A stretch of 16,087 nucleotides of DNA from a virus, in UHGV virus genome UHGV-0126759; one strand, written 5' to 3'. Positions within the stretch are counted from its first letter, which is position 1, and every line of letters starts with the position of its first letter. Shown in pieces: positions 15,705-16,087 of this stretch. The position numbers and the translations under genes were made by a program. Under the pieces are notes generated by a model, which was given only the letters and a program-made list of their open reading frames with translations, was not told the origin of the DNA and ran no database searches.

Positions 15705-15740
15705 ACCCTACTCCTTCGGGAGTAGGGTTTCTTCTTTTTT
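15705..15740 (+). terminator. Rho-independent terminator T3
   Basis: Perfect 9-bp stem CCCTACTCC (15705-15713) and GGAGTAGGG (15718-15726) with a TTCG tetraloop, followed by TTTCTTCTTTTTTTG. Confidence 0.8.
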
Positions 15741-15839
15741 TGCCTAGTCCGATTACAATTATTTTCAGATATATATTACTTAGGTGAGAGTTAACAATTA
15801 ACTCTTATCTAATCGACCATTATCTTAAGGAGTTTTAAC
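15741..15839 (+). promoter_or_regulatory. AT-rich inter-operon region, presumed promoter for the gene at 15840
   Basis: The roughly 100-bp region between terminator T3 and the next Shine-Dalgarno (AAGGAG at 15826-15831) is AT-rich and contains TTACAA, TATATAT and TTAACA elements, but I could not fit a convincing sigma-70 -35/-10 pair with 16-18 bp spacing. The element may depend on a phage-specific factor. Confidence 0.2.
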
Positions 15840-16087
15840 ATGTACATTCTGAATAACGAACTTACTAAATACGCTAGCAAAAACCCGATTATGATTTCTT
15901 TCCTAATCGTGATGGCGGCCAACAAACAAGACCCTAGCGAATTCACTACTGAGGTCTTCGAAGAGATTATCGCCAACGCCAAAGAAGCCACGTTCCAGAC
16001 CACAGAACCTACTCGCGACGAGTTCCCTCTAGGTGAAGCCGGCGATGTAATGTTTAACGACATGATTGCTTCGTACTACATCAATAG
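15840..16087 (+). CDS. Hypothetical protein, 3'-truncated by the window end (at least 82 aa)
   Basis: ATG at 15840 lies 8 nt after an AAGGAG Shine-Dalgarno; the frame stays open to the window end (MYILNNELTKYASKNPIMISFLIVMAANKQDPSEF...). It is absent from the ORF track only because no stop falls within the window. Confidence 0.6.
   Translation, partial: MYILNNELTKYASKNPIMISFLIVMAANKQDPSEFTTEVFEEIIANAKEATFQTTEPTRDEFPLGEAGDVMFNDMIASYYIN

Noticed and set aside
1-16087. HslV-like peptidase partner for the HslU-like ATPase
   Set aside because: No ORF in the window has the N-terminal Thr-protease signature or the 170-180 aa size expected of HslV. The 649-aa protein begins (M)TTKP, but nothing beyond that resembles HslV.
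1-16087. CRISPR array, insertion sequence or transposase, integrase, or rRNA
   Set aside because: No regularly spaced direct repeats, no terminal inverted repeats flanking a transposase-like ORF, and no ORF with recognisable integrase or transposase motifs were seen. The intergenic space is too short for rRNA.

Overview
The window looks like a densely packed, strictly unidirectional mobile-element segment, most likely a tailed-phage genome or prophage; I cannot assign a taxon. About 24 protein-coding genes lie on the + strand, and I found no convincing minus-strand gene, tRNA, CRISPR array or transposase. Three hairpin-plus-T-tract terminators (about 5351-5390, 10854-10897 and 15705-15740) split the window into four transcription units: genes 12-5336, genes 5407-10847, genes 10975-15668, and a new unit starting at 15840 that runs off the window end. 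Only one protein is recognisable with good confidence from the sequence itself: a 586-aa HslU/ClpX-family AAA+ unfoldase-like ATPase (1353-3113) with a greatly expanded insertion domain and a non-HslU C-terminus. It is the best candidate for an undescribed system, together with the genes that follow it in the same operon: a signal-peptide protein, a divergent PP-loop-like protein (N-terminal SAGLDS motif) and a small Cys/His-motif protein. The second unit encodes two large aromatic-rich proteins (649 and 1005 aa) flanking a 156-aa Gly/Pro/Thr-rich protein; the first of these has visibly different codon usage, suggesting mosaic acquisition. The third unit is a run of 12 small proteins with no recognisable domains. 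All functional calls other than the AAA+ ATPase are low-confidence and made without database searches.
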